Virus record (IMG/VR): IMGVR_UViG_3300012987_000009
Span: 1,690-65,689 of that record
Source of the DNA: a virus
Lineage: Duplodnaviria; Caudoviricetes
Strand: one strand, 5' to 3'
DNA: 64,000 nucleotides
Shown: positions 36,258 to 45,700 of the stretch, one piece after another
Layout: every line of letters starts with the position of its first letter
Position numbering within the stretch: the stretch's first letter is position 1
Notes under the pieces: generated by a model
Told to the model about the DNA's origin: nothing
Seen by the model: only the letters and a program-made list of their open reading frames with translations
The model's database searches: none
Made by a program: the position numbers and the translations under genes

Positions 36258-39200
36258 ATGGAGAATAAGGTACAGATAAAGCAGCTGGCCGGGATGCTCA
36301 ACCTGGACGACCCATTAGAGGCGGTGGCTCCTACATCCCATGTAGGAGCTAGGAACATTTACTTTACTGGCACCCCTCCAAACAGAAAGGCGAATGTGGT
36401 GCAGGGGGTATTACCTGTTAGTAATTCGTTATTGCCTAATACCGGAGTAAATAAAACTATTTTTAAAAAATACGACCAGGTAAACAAAAGGATATATTTT
36501 GGGAATTACAATTCATTAGGCAAGCATGGCATTTATTCTTTTGATACTATTGCACAGACATTCTCAAGATTGATTGAGGTGGGGGTTAATGCATCCGGTG
36601 ATCCTTTGGCGTTTACTGCCGAATCGATATATAATACTGACATAATATATGGCGATAGTACTCAAGGGGACATTTTGTATTTTACGGACTCACTCAACAG
36701 GCCGACGAAGATAAATATTAACCGGGCGCTTTCTGGTGGATATGGAACCATACAAAGATCTTATTTGGATGTGGCGAAGGAGCCGGCTGATATGATCATA
36801 TATGCTACCTATGAAAATGATCCAGCAAATACTGTTAATAGTCTTCGAAAGAAGTTGTTTAGATTTAAGATAAGGTGGGTGTTTGATGACTTGGATAAGT
36901 CCATAACCAGTAGTCAGAGCGCAATGCCTTTGCCATTTAACGCATTTGATCAGACTGTAGATGCAGACCCTACAAAAAATTGCCGAATAGCACTGGTGTA
37001 TCAGACTGGCCCCTCAAATGTCAAAAAAGTAGAAATATATGCAGCCAATTCGGATGGGAACCAAATGAGTGATTTCTATCTTATTGAGTCTATAGACAAG
37101 GCCACACAGGGAATTTCAAGCAATGATATAGCTACCTATTTGTTTTACAATGACAAAGCATATACAACATTAAATACAACAGAAAGTAACCAACTGCTTG
37201 ATTATGTACCTCAGCAAGCGATTGCCCAAACAACACTTAATGGGAATGTAATAGCTTATGCAAATATAACAGAGGGATATCCAAACCTAACTAATTTCTC
37301 GGCCAGCGCGATTTCATCCAGTGCTGTTCCTTATTATTATGGGGATTACTATAGCCAGCTGGTCGCATATAAAGGCACCAGCTCTATACATATAGTAGTT
37401 AGAGCTTCAATAGTTTTGCCAGGTAATAATTACAATGTTTATTTTTCAGATAGCTCAAGTATATCATATACGGCTATATTGGGTGATGATGCATCCTCTG
37501 TTATAGAGGGACTTCGGGTTAGTGCCATAGCTAATGGATTTATTATTGATAGCAGTTCTGCTAATGATTTATATATATCAAAGACATCAGTTGATGTTTC
37601 GTACTGGAACGTAACAAATAGTTCGTATTCGGTTAATGCTTTATTGTATACATCGTTTAATGCATACGACTGGAATAGTAAATATGGATTCGGTTTAATA
37701 TATTTTGACCAAAAGGGGAGGACAAATGGTGTTGTATATACCAATGGGTTTTCTGTGCAAACAAATTCGTATACTGAATCAAATCCGACAGGGGATATAA
37801 CTAAATTCAACGCAAGTATTTATCATCAACCGCCAGATTGGGCCTATTACTGGCAATGGGTTAGAACTAAGAATCTAAATAAAGCCCATTTTGTGCAATG
37901 GATTACAGATAGAACATATAAGGATTTAAGTGCGGTATCCGGAAAGATAAAATATGCATATCTGAGTATTGAGTCTCTTAGGGTATTTGTGGTTGAAAAC
38001 CCAAGCAGTCCGCTATCATATTCATTTACATCGGGGGATAGGGTTCGGTTTTTTAAGAGGTATGACCAAGATGGTAATACTGCTAATCTTTATGGGAATA
38101 CAAAGGATTATGAAATAATTGGATCATTTATAAACCCAACTATAAATGGTGTTGTAAGAGATGGGCAATTTGTAAAAATAATACTCCCTGATACGGATGG
38201 TTCATTTGATTTTGGGTCAGGATTTGATAATTATTTCATTGAATTATATACACCGGCGCAACCAGTAGCTAATGCCCTAAATATGTATTATGAATTTGGG
38301 GAGCGATATTCAATTTTAGCGCCTACATTAAACTCGAGAGCCCATCAAGGCCAATTACAGAATCAAGATATAGGTGCTGGCACCCCGGCTACCTTTGAGT
38401 TTTTAAAAGGCGATGATTATGTAAGACTAAGGGCTATTCAAACAGGAAACGTATATACATGGAATGTACCGCAAAGCTCTGCTACTGGGTTTAGATTTTT
38501 AATCCCTTTGAATTTTGTAAATTCAACATACACTGATTCCAATGTGATCCCACATTCAGTTCCTTTATCTGGGATTGGAAATGTTTTTGATACACATACT
38601 GATTCAAGGTGGCTTATTCAGGTAGTATCAACCCTGACATTATTTAAGATAGGCGGCGTGTTGTCTATTAACTTCCCAACTGCTAAAAGCGGTGATACGT
38701 GGACTATATTTGCACCAAATAAATCGGGAGATAATCACATACTAGTTCCTCCTTTTGATGCTTCCAATGCCGGGACATACACATTCCCTATTACAACATT
38801 AGAGGTAAATGGTGAAGTAACAGATACAATTTCGCTTGAAAATGATAATTTATTTCTAATAGCCCAATCTGTAAATAATAACAACGATAGACAGGTTATA
38901 TTCATGGCATCAACGTTTACACTAACAGTTGATAAAATAATTAATCAGCGTTGTATTGATCCTAATTTTTCTGATTATTATCCAAGTGCGGTAAATTCAA
39001 ATGGGAGGGCCTGGGTTTTTGATGAGAATGCAAATAAAATAACTTACCCAACCCAGATCAGATGGTCATTACCGTATCAGCAGGATACACAAATAAATAT
39101 GACTAGTAGATTTTATCCTGAAAATTTTGATACATTAGATAGGAGTAATGGCCCGATTCAAGCTATGAGGTCAAATATTGGGGTATTAACTTATTTTCAA

Positions 39201-40148
39201 GATAGAAGATGTGGCTGGACACGCATTTATGGTAAATACATTACAGATTCGGAGGCGACCGGGCAACTCGCTACTACAGATTCTATAATAGCAGCAAATA
39301 ATACCAGTTATTATGATGGCAATTTCGGGGTGGGCAACCAGGCAACATCCATAGTACAAAGCGGATATGTTTATTATTTTGTTGATCCGGTTCGCAGAAA
39401 AATATTAAGGCTAAGTAGAGATGGGATAACAGACTTATCAGAAACGTATAAAGTACAAACATGGGCTAGTCAAAATATACCTAAGTACCAAAATCCGGGG
39501 ACGTATAGGTTCGGTGGTATGCAAAAAATACTTGGTGCATTTAATATTCGACAGGATAATATGGGCGAATATCTTTTATTGGCGCAAGGCACAACGACTG
39601 TAAGTGGGGAAACATTGTCGTTCGAAGAGAAATACAATATGTTTACATCCCCTATAGATATTGATTGCGATGCTATTGTTTGTGCTGAGGACGTTTTGTA
39701 TTGCTTTAGGAATGGAGTATTATATAAACAAGGGGGCGTGAACGTGTCCGCTGTTTTTTTCGGCACTCAATATTCGGCAAATATTAAATTGGTATTTAAT
39801 GAGCAAATTGCAATAAAGAAAATATTCAATGCGACTGGTCATATGGCTAATGCTACATGGGTATCCGATACGAGAGGGGATGTGATAACGAATCATATTA
39901 ATCCACAGACGTTTTTAGGCCAGGAAAGCCTAATAATGAGTCAGGATTATGATATTAGCGAGAATCCGAAACGGTATGCAGCAATAAACAAAGACATGAA
40001 TAGTATGACTGATGGAACTTTGGCATTATGGGAAGGGGATTATATGACAGGGGAGTATATGGTTGTTAATTATAAGTATATAGCAAATGCCCCATCGTTT
40101 TTTTATGCTCCATTTTTAACATGGCAAAGTGACAATAGAAACCCATGA
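36258..40148 (+). CDS. tail stabilisation/muzzle protein (P22 gp10-like position)
   Basis: 1296 aa beta-rich; LTYFQ...YYFVDPVRRKILRLSRDGITDLS propeller-like C-half. Confidence 0.7.
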   Translation: MENKVQIKQLAGMLNLDDPLEAVAPTSHVGARNIYFTGTPPNRKANVVQGVLPVSNSLLPNTGVNKTIFKKYDQVNKRIYFGNYNSLGKHGIYSFDTIAQTFSRLIEVGVNASGDPLAFTAESIYNTDIIYGDSTQGDILYFTDSLNRPTKININRALSGGYGTIQRSYLDVAKEPADMIIYATYENDPANTVNSLRKKLFRFKIRWVFDDLDKSITSSQSAMPLPFNAFDQTVDADPTKNCRIALVYQTGPSNVKKVEIYAANSDGNQMSDFYLIESIDKATQGISSNDIATYLFYNDKAYTTLNTTESNQLLDYVPQQAIAQTTLNGNVIAYANITEGYPNLTNFSASAISSSAVPYYYGDYYSQLVAYKGTSSIHIVVRASIVLPGNNYNVYFSDSSSISYTAILGDDASSVIEGLRVSAIANGFIIDSSSANDLYISKTSVDVSYWNVTNSSYSVNALLYTSFNAYDWNSKYGFGLIYFDQKGRTNGVVYTNGFSVQTNSYTESNPTGDITKFNASIYHQPPDWAYYWQWVRTKNLNKAHFVQWITDRTYKDLSAVSGKIKYAYLSIESLRVFVVENPSSPLSYSFTSGDRVRFFKRYDQDGNTANLYGNTKDYEIIGSFINPTINGVVRDGQFVKIILPDTDGSFDFGSGFDNYFIELYTPAQPVANALNMYYEFGERYSILAPTLNSRAHQGQLQNQDIGAGTPATFEFLKGDDYVRLRAIQTGNVYTWNVPQSSATGFRFLIPLNFVNSTYTDSNVIPHSVPLSGIGNVFDTHTDSRWLIQVVSTLTLFKIGGVLSINFPTAKSGDTWTIFAPNKSGDNHILVPPFDASNAGTYTFPITTLEVNGEVTDTISLENDNLFLIAQSVNNNNDRQVIFMASTFTLTVDKIINQRCIDPNFSDYYPSAVNSNGRAWVFDENANKITYPTQIRWSLPYQQDTQINMTSRFYPENFDTLDRSNGPIQAMRSNIGVLTYFQDRRCGWTRIYGKYITDSEATGQLATTDSIIAANNTSYYDGNFGVGNQATSIVQSGYVYYFVDPVRRKILRLSRDGITDLSETYKVQTWASQNIPKYQNPGTYRFGGMQKILGAFNIRQDNMGEYLLLAQGTTTVSGETLSFEEKYNMFTSPIDIDCDAIVCAEDVLYCFRNGVLYKQGGVNVSAVFFGTQYSANIKLVFNEQIAIKKIFNATGHMANATWVSDTRGDVITNHINPQTFLGQESLIMSQDYDISENPKRYAAINKDMNSMTDGTLALWEGDYMTGEYMVVNYKYIANAPSFFYAPFLTWQSDNRNP

Positions 40149-40549
40149 CATACAATAACATTTACGAATATTTTAAGGGTGATAAGAAGCTACTGGAATA
40201 TTATGATCCATTGAGTGAGGCGACTAATAATGAGGAAGCTGCTATGGAAATATATCACAAGCTGATAGATCATAGTAGAGAGAAGGAGTGCTGTTTTGTT
40301 AGAAATGAGTTTGGTTACATTTTTTACAGTGATAGATTATTGATTAGTTTTTGCGTGACTCCTGAATTAAGAACAAAAGACAACATTGCCAAGTTCGGCG
40401 TGCATTTAAAGGCTACTATGGGGGAGTATTTTGAATGCTTTTTGTATAACAAGAATACTCGGGCAATTGGTTTTTTGAAAAAACTTGGCATGAAAGAAAA
40501 TATTTCAAATAATTTGGTAACACGTTTAATATATAAAGAATGCCAGTAA
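40145..40549 (+). CDS. GNAT-fold acetyltransferase-like protein
   Basis: LISFCVTPELR...CFLYNKNTRAIGFLKKLG; position typical of podoviruses. Confidence 0.65.
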   Translation: MTYNNIYEYFKGDKKLLEYYDPLSEATNNEEAAMEIYHKLIDHSREKECCFVRNEFGYIFYSDRLLISFCVTPELRTKDNIAKFGVHLKATMGEYFECFLYNKNTRAIGFLKKLGMKENISNNLVTRLIYKECQ

Positions 40550-41244
40550 CTTCATTGTTGATGAGTTCATTGATGGCCGGAGATACCGGTAATGGTAAAG
40601 GGGCTGGTTTAGCTAATATAGCAGGCGGCTTAGTGTCAGGCGTGACAGGGTTCTTTCAGCGCAGAAAGGCTAAGAGGGAACTAAGTAAGCTCCAGCGACC
40701 AGAATATGCAATCCCGAATGAAATAATGCAAAATCAAAAAATGGCGCAATTGGCTGCAAGTGAAGGGTTGCCTTCCCAGCAGTATAACAATGCGATGAAA
40801 AATATTCAGCGATCGCAAGCAAATGCATTGAGTGGCGCTATAGATAGACGAAGTGCATTAATGGCGCTCCCTAAATTACAGCAACAGGCGAATGATGCAT
40901 ACGGGAAGCTGGACGTTGCTGACGCTAATGCCAGGATGAATAATCAGCGGCAGCTATATGGGATAAACTCACAAGTGGCTGGCTATAGGGACAAGGCTTT
41001 CGATATAAACCAGATGCAGCCCTATCAGGAGAAAAAGAATTATTACAATTCACTATTGGGGGCGGGTAATCAAAACTTAATGTCTGGCATTGACAAGGCC
41101 GCATCAGGAGTTGGGTTGCTTGTTGGTGGTGGATTTGGAGGTGGTAAAAAGAAAAGCGCGAGTAGCACAGGGAGTGCCCCTGCCTATTATAACGGATATT
41201 CATCGGGCAGCGATTATGGACAAATAGAAAATCAATACGACTAA
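40540..41244 (+). CDS. DNA ejection (internal virion) protein
   Basis: Gly/Ala-rich hydrophobic ends, Q/N-rich helical core. Confidence 0.65.
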   Translation: MPVTSLLMSSLMAGDTGNGKGAGLANIAGGLVSGVTGFFQRRKAKRELSKLQRPEYAIPNEIMQNQKMAQLAASEGLPSQQYNNAMKNIQRSQANALSGAIDRRSALMALPKLQQQANDAYGKLDVADANARMNNQRQLYGINSQVAGYRDKAFDINQMQPYQEKKNYYNSLLGAGNQNLMSGIDKAASGVGLLVGGGFGGGKKKSASSTGSAPAYYNGYSSGSDYGQIENQYD

Positions 41245-42797
41245 TGGCCGAACAGCGCATACTGCCACCGTATGGTGACATATTTATCGTTAACACTCCT
41301 TCTTTAGACAGGACTGCGCAGCAACTTTATGTTGCCCAGCAGCAGCGGCAACTGCGTCAGCAGCAGGAGAATCAGGAGCTGGATAAAATGCTTCAGAAGG
41401 ACTTTGCTAATATTAGATCTGTAGATACGCCAGATGTTGTAGACTCATATACTAGATATAAGCAGTTGAAAAAGAATCTCCTTTTTAATAAGGATTTACA
41501 ACGTGATCCAATGCTTTATAATAAAGCACAGCAGGCGGCTAATGAGGCATATTCTGAAATGAACCAAAGGATTAATCAAAGTAAGGAGATAAAGGACATG
41601 ACTAAAACGATGACAACTGATCGGTTTAAGAACCCTGATGCTTATGCGGATGATTATGGCCAGAGAGTGATGGCCCTAAATAGTACGCCAATATCCGGAT
41701 TGCATCAATATCCAGATTTAGTCAATTGGGATAACTATCGTTATCAAGGGTCAAATACCAACTTCAACGATATTGTGTCAAAGGTTTATGGTCAGCCAAG
41801 AAAAATAGTTGGTAAAGAGGAGGCGTTGGATAAACAAGGGATACAGTTCCGGGCTCCCGTATACGAATACGGAACACCACCTGCCCAAGTGTATGAGGGG
41901 CTGGTCAATTCTTTGGATCATAAAGCGGAAAGGGATGCTGCGTATAAATGGAAGCAATTGACACCAGATGTAGTACAGGGCATTGAGCAACAGTATAATT
42001 CAATACCACAGGCAAAATGGGAGCAAATGGGGTTGGCGGTACCGCAGAAAATAGATATACGCGGAGGGAGCGACGCGGAAAAATACATGCGATTACTAGC
42101 TATGCAAAATGCAATAAACACTAACCCAAGACTTGTTAACTACGAGAATAGGACTTCTGAGAAAGCAAAGATGGATTTGCAGTATGATAGAGATTTAAAA
42201 ATGCAGGCATTAAAACATGCAAACGCAAAAGACTTGATAAAGTTCAAGAAAGATATTGATCCAAATGATCAAGAGCTTAATGATATGTGGGTTACGGAAT
42301 ATGTAAGTAAACTTAAAAATGAGGCATATCAAAGAGGGGTTTATCCATATAAATACGGGAATAGTTCCGCTGTCCAGGAGTATAATATACCTGTAGATCC
42401 GGTTTTAGGTAAGGCGTTAAGCGTTGGAGGTGTTGAGCCAGATGCTGTTCGGGTAGACAAGGACGGTAAATTCAGACGTATTTTTTATAAAAGATATGAG
42501 AAGGGGGATGAAATACCAGAAGGGAAAGCTGTAGGTGATATAAAAAGCAGTGGGCCTAATGCTGTGGTAGATGAAGTATTAGGGAGAGCCCAATTAACCC
42601 AAGATCAACTTGAGTTGGCATTAGGTAAAAAAGCGCTCACCGGGAAGCAGCTGAATAAACAAATGGTCAATACTGTTGGGGGGGCTGGTAAAAAATATTC
42701 TATTAACGGGAAATCATACTCTAAGAAACAACTAAACGATATGGGGTATGATGACAACGAAATTAATGAAGCAATAAACGCAGGCATAATAAAGTAA
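41244..42797 (+). CDS. DNA ejection (internal virion) protein
   Basis: 517 aa, Q-rich N-terminal coiled coil; position. Confidence 0.6.
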   Translation: MAEQRILPPYGDIFIVNTPSLDRTAQQLYVAQQQRQLRQQQENQELDKMLQKDFANIRSVDTPDVVDSYTRYKQLKKNLLFNKDLQRDPMLYNKAQQAANEAYSEMNQRINQSKEIKDMTKTMTTDRFKNPDAYADDYGQRVMALNSTPISGLHQYPDLVNWDNYRYQGSNTNFNDIVSKVYGQPRKIVGKEEALDKQGIQFRAPVYEYGTPPAQVYEGLVNSLDHKAERDAAYKWKQLTPDVVQGIEQQYNSIPQAKWEQMGLAVPQKIDIRGGSDAEKYMRLLAMQNAINTNPRLVNYENRTSEKAKMDLQYDRDLKMQALKHANAKDLIKFKKDIDPNDQELNDMWVTEYVSKLKNEAYQRGVYPYKYGNSSAVQEYNIPVDPVLGKALSVGGVEPDAVRVDKDGKFRRIFYKRYEKGDEIPEGKAVGDIKSSGPNAVVDEVLGRAQLTQDQLELALGKKALTGKQLNKQMVNTVGGAGKKYSINGKSYSKKQLNDMGYDDNEINEAINAGIIK

Positions 42798-45700
42798 TGG
42801 CTGAAGAAATTATATATGATCAAGTAGATGGAGGCGGCGACCCTGACCCGCTAGGGCTGCGTCGTCAATTAAAGCAGGTAAAGAAGCCTACACAAGCCGC
42901 CGACCCATTAGGGTTGCGGTCGCAAATGCGTACAGCAAATGTGCAGCAGCCTGCGTTTCAAGTTCAAGTTGCCCAACCAACATTTAGGGCTACACAACAA
43001 ACCAGCGAACTTCGACCAACTGGGCCTAGTGAGCCTATAAGTATCAAAAAGGAAGAAATAGGGTACATTCCAGATAATCGCACAATTGAAGTTGAAAAGA
43101 TGAGGGGCAAGGCTCAGGAGGCACATAAAAAGATACGCGATGAGTTGTTACTGAACGATGATCAATATGAGAAAAAATTAAGAGAGTTGCGCAGGGATAA
43201 CTATACAGCTGATGATTTGATTCAGGAATACAAGGCAAACGGGTGGCCATTGCCCATCCAGTCTGAAATGCCCAAGTTATTGCAAAGGGCAAAACAGCGT
43301 CAATACGAGAAGCCGATTACGCCCGAAGACATTTCGGATATTAAGACCGGGACTGTATTGGATGAGAAGAATGCCAGGTCGTTCTTAAAGACATTGAATA
43401 AGGCAGAAGCAAATGCAAATTCTTTTGTTATTGATAAATTCAATGAAATATCTAATGATCCTGATGCCCTTGAGAGAATACCAAAAATAAAAAATATTGA
43501 AAAAGAAATAAAAGCAGGCCGCGTTGTTTATGATCCAGAAAAAGGACAAGCGTTTAAACCTGTAGGTGTGATAGGTTCTGCAATTGAGGCCGTCAAACAA
43601 AAAAATCAACTATATGCAGATCGCGATTTTCTTAAAAATACCGAAAATGATGCTGCGATTCTGTCTGAATATAAAGCCCGGAAAAAAGATCAATTAGATG
43701 AGCCTATCCCGGTGCCCAAAGGGAAGTTGTCAGAAATAATTGGTGGCATGGCTGGAACTCCCTGGCAGATATATGCAGCCGGGGCTCTTGGTAGTCTTGG
43801 TGGGCCACAGGCTGGTATTGCAGCTGCAACAATAGTTGGCGGTCGGGAAATGTCCAAATTAGAGTACCCAGCTACTTTTTGGCGAACCATGGATGAGCTG
43901 ATAAGTCAGGGCGTTCCCGAATTTGAATCTGTACACAAGGCTAGGCAACAAGCAGATCAGGCTGCTGAGGTTGGTGCCATTACGGGAGGCGCAATGGGTC
44001 TTGTTGGCGCTAGGATGGGGGCAGCGGCTTTGCCTAAAGTAAATTTATCTCAAGGATTTCGTCAAGCCGCTTTCAATGTATTAAAGCAAAATGGATATGA
44101 GCTTGGCAAAGCTGGATTAGAAGGACTTGCTACAGGAGGGGTAGGCGTTGCTGGGGAAATATATAAAAATAAACTAGCTCAATCAGCGGGAATAAAAAGA
44201 GATATTGATGAAGGTACAAAGCAAGTGTTTGAGCAGAATCTATTAACTACAGTTGCATTGGCTGGTGCCATTAAACTATTTAAAGGAGTTGCCCCAAAGA
44301 ATGCTCGTCAATTAATGCATGGTTTGTCAAAGTTGCCAGATGAGCAAATAGGGGAAATGCTTTCTGAGCGTGTACAATCGGGTGATATAACACAAAAGGC
44401 GGCAGATGATACACAGCAGCGAATTAATGAATATAGAGGGTTAGACAAGTTAATACCTGAAGATGTATCTGAGGAAGCTAGGTTTAAAATTCAAGATAAA
44501 ATAAAAAAGAGAAATGACTTAGACGCTACTCTGGAAACAACAGACAAGGCTTATCACACTGAAATAAAAGAAAAAATAAAAGCATTAGATGAAGAAATCG
44601 TTTCATTGACCAAAGAAAATAAGCAACCAGTTGAAAAAATCCCTAGTGGATTGTCTAAAGAGCAGGAAAAAGAAGCCATAGAAGTAGCTAATGAATGGAT
44701 ACAAGAGGGCATACTTCCTCCTTTGTATGAGGGAATGGTTAAGCAAGACCCGATCGGGTTTTGGAAAATGATTGCACAGCAGGCTCAAAATATGGACGAA
44801 AATTGGAGGCCGTTGGGTAATGAAATAAATGAGCAGGCAATTAGAGATCAGTTTGGCGATACCGTTGTTGATTATGCGAAGGAATTATTTCCTGCGCCCC
44901 AGACAGAAGTACCGAAGTCTGTTAGTGTTATTCAGCCAGGACAAATAAATAGCCCAGAAATAATAGGTAATGATAATATTTATATTGGAGATTTAATAGA
45001 TAAGGATGTGTCGTATAAAGGACAGAAAGGTACGCTTTATCAAGATGGGCAAACTGTAATTTTTAAAGTAAAAGGTGCTAATAGGGAATATGAAATAGGT
45101 AATATTGAAGAGGTTAAAAATAGTCCAATAAACAAATACGGGATTGAACATGAAGCTTCTGTTGTAAGTATAAATAATGATGGGGAGATAGTTATTAGGG
45201 GTAACTCTTACAAGAATAATTATTCTGATCCATTTATGGCTATTAATAGAGATGCGGATGGGAATGTGATAAGTGTGAGTCTTGAAACTAAAGACGGGCA
45301 AAAGAGAACATTTAGGGGTAATATAGCAGAAGATATTGCATACAATATTCATCTAAAGGAGATAAATAAAAACAATGCAACAAAATCAGAGTTCGAAGAG
45401 TTCATTAATTCAAATGAGCCCACCAGGAAGCAGGTTGAAAATGGAAGACTTTCAGAAATTGACCAAGAAGGAGCAATTAAAAATAATGCAGAAGTTCAAA
45501 GAAGCAAAATTGAGCCTGAAACCATAAAACCAAAAGAAGATGCCATTCAAAAGCGAAGCGCAGCGCCGATTATTGTGGATGAAGCGACCGGACATAGCCA
45601 AGAGGTGGTCGGAGGAATACCCGAATCAGGGGAAGTTGCCATACCACAAGAAGAAGGACAACGACCACCCCAAGAAGAAGGTATTACTCCGGGTGAAGAA

